A stretch of DNA of 64,000 bases, from the NCBI GenBank assembly GCA_029570205.1, contig JAKQSI010000090.1:37674-101673 (forward strand). The letters run 5' to 3'. Shown here one piece after another: positions 63,001 to 64,000 of the stretch. The notes below the pieces were generated by a model, which made no database searches, was not told where the DNA came from, and saw nothing but the letters and a program-made list of their open reading frames with translations. Numbering within the stretch: position 1 is the first letter of the stretch; every line of letters starts with the position of its first letter. Source of the stretch: Candidatus Omnitrophota bacterium (GTDB lineage: Bacteria; Hinthialibacterota; Hinthialibacteria; Hinthialibacterales; JAKPRU01). Both the position numbers and the translations under genes were made by a program.

Positions 63001-64000
63001 ATGGTCGATACGCTGGAACGTCTTTCGGATCATCTCTATCGGTTTCATGACACGTGCGATGTCTATGTGATCGTTTTCGAGAACCGGGCCTTGTGCATCG
63101 ACTTCGGAGCGGGCGATGTGCTTAAGGAACTGGGAGCATTGGGCGTCTCCCACCTGGACTGGGTTCTGCACACGCACCATCATCGCGACCAATGCCAGGG
63201 CGATCATCTGGCCCGCAAACATGGCGCGCGTCTGGCCGTCCCGCGTTATGAACGCTTCCTGTTCGATGAAGCCGAAAATTTCTGGCGGAATAGACGCCTC
63301 TATGATGTCTATAATGTCCGCAACACCTATTTCACACTGACGCAGAATATCCCGGTCGACGCGGACTTGGCGGATTACGAGAAATTCTCCTGGAACGGGA
63401 TCGAATTCACCATCCTGCCCACGCCGGGACATACGTACGGCTCAATTAGCCTTATCGCGCAGATCGACGGCAAACGGGTCGCGTTCACCGGGGACCTGAT
63501 CGCCTCTCCCGGAAAAGTCCAAACCCTGTACGATCTTCAATTCAATTACGGGGGATTCGATGGAGTGAACCACGCTATTCTCTCCCTCAGCAATCTTCAG
63601 AAAGAAAACTGTGAGATACTGTGCCCCTCCCACGGTGTCATCATTCGCGACGTCGATGCCGCAATTGACTGGACCGTCCGCAAGCTGAGCGAGTTCTATG
63701 AATTCAACACGGGGGCGGCTCCGGCCACTCGGAATCAATATGTGGAGGTCCTGCCTGGGATTTATGGCTCATACTCGACCTGCAGCTCGCATTACGCGAT
63801 CATATCCAAATCCGGGAAAGCGCTGTTTGTGGATTACGGTTCCGCCGGGTGGGAGTTTCTACAGCCGCACATTCTGCATGACGGCGAGGGACAGCGATTC
63901 ATCCGGCATACGGTCGATGATCTGCGCGACCGGTATGGGATGACATCCATTGATGTTGTCATCCCCAGCCATTATCACGACGATCATATCTGCGGATTCC
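63001..64000 (+). CDS. MBL-fold metallo-hydrolase with two tandem metallo-beta-lactamase-like segments; 3' end beyond the window
   Basis: Open frame from the ATG at 63001 to the window end. It is absent from the ORF track because there is no stop. An upstream in-frame TGA lies at 62983. First segment has HTHHHRDQCQGDH (HxHxDH-type); second segment has IPSHYHDDHICG. Confidence 0.65.
   Translation, partial: MVDTLERLSDHLYRFHDTCDVYVIVFENRALCIDFGAGDVLKELGALGVSHLDWVLHTHHHRDQCQGDHLARKHGARLAVPRYERFLFDEAENFWRNRRLYDVYNVRNTYFTLTQNIPVDADLADYEKFSWNGIEFTILPTPGHTYGSISLIAQIDGKRVAFTGDLIASPGKVQTLYDLQFNYGGFDGVNHAILSLSNLQKENCEILCPSHGVIIRDVDAAIDWTVRKLSEFYEFNTGAAPATRNQYVEVLPGIYGSYSTCSSHYAIISKSGKALFVDYGSAGWEFLQPHILHDGEGQRFIRHTVDDLRDRYGMTSIDVVIPSHYHDDHICGF

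Noticed and set aside
1-64000. Mobile elements (IS transposase, integrase, phage genes), rRNA, tmRNA/RNase P, restriction-modification or other canonical defence operons
   Set aside because: Scanning the translations on both strands gave no DDE or serine/tyrosine recombinase motifs, no methyltransferase motifs (DPPY, FxGxG plus PC), and no Cas, BREX or DISARM-like large ATPases. No rRNA-like conserved stretches were seen.

Overview
The window is a 64 kb, high-GC (~58-60%) chromosomal segment with about 48 protein-coding genes, one tRNA-Pro(TGG), no rRNA, no CRISPR array and no recognisable transposase or integrase. Gene content suggests an uncultivated PVC-like lineage (Planctomycetes / Verrucomicrobia / Lentisphaerae) or a Hydrogenedentes-type lineage; this is inference only. 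The supporting genes are two Tat-exported Cys-type sulfatases, two FGE/SUMF1-domain proteins, ThuA plus a xylose-isomerase-like TIM-barrel protein, pseudopilin-like proteins with a prepilin N-terminus, and dockerin/PPC-repeat secreted proteins. Housekeeping and envelope genes are interspersed: comM, trxB, panC, kdsB, mlaE, an MsbA-like ABC exporter, creD, a SurA/PpiD-like PPIase, two GT4 glycosyltransferases, cytochrome c peroxidase, a CDF transporter and an SSS transporter. Four candidates look most like previously undescribed or non-canonical systems. (1) An XPB/Ssl2-type helicase with a RED motif sits immediately before a 496-aa ORF of unknown function, laid out like the archaeal XPB-Bax1 helicase-nuclease pair. 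(2) Two tandem small hydrophobic peptides share an EKRED C-terminus and a conserved upstream element, which resembles a type I toxin arrangement. (3) A polytopic membrane domain is fused to an FGE domain, in an operon with a sulfatase; the FGE domain appears to have Ser-Cys where canonical FGEs have the catalytic Cys pair, and a second, secreted FGE-like protein lies next to the tRNA. (4) A pair of large secreted proteins (981 and 785 aa) carries no assignable domains. Several families of small GC-rich hairpin repeats lie in the intergenic spacers, one of them bounded by 13-bp inverted repeats (MITE-like). There are also a perfect 57-bp direct repeat between panC and creD, a fourfold 156-bp in-frame tandem repeat encoding a Pro/Thr linker, and a recently duplicated pilin-like gene pair with a mosaic identity pattern. 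All functional calls rest on motifs read by eye and on recalled family signatures; no database search was run.
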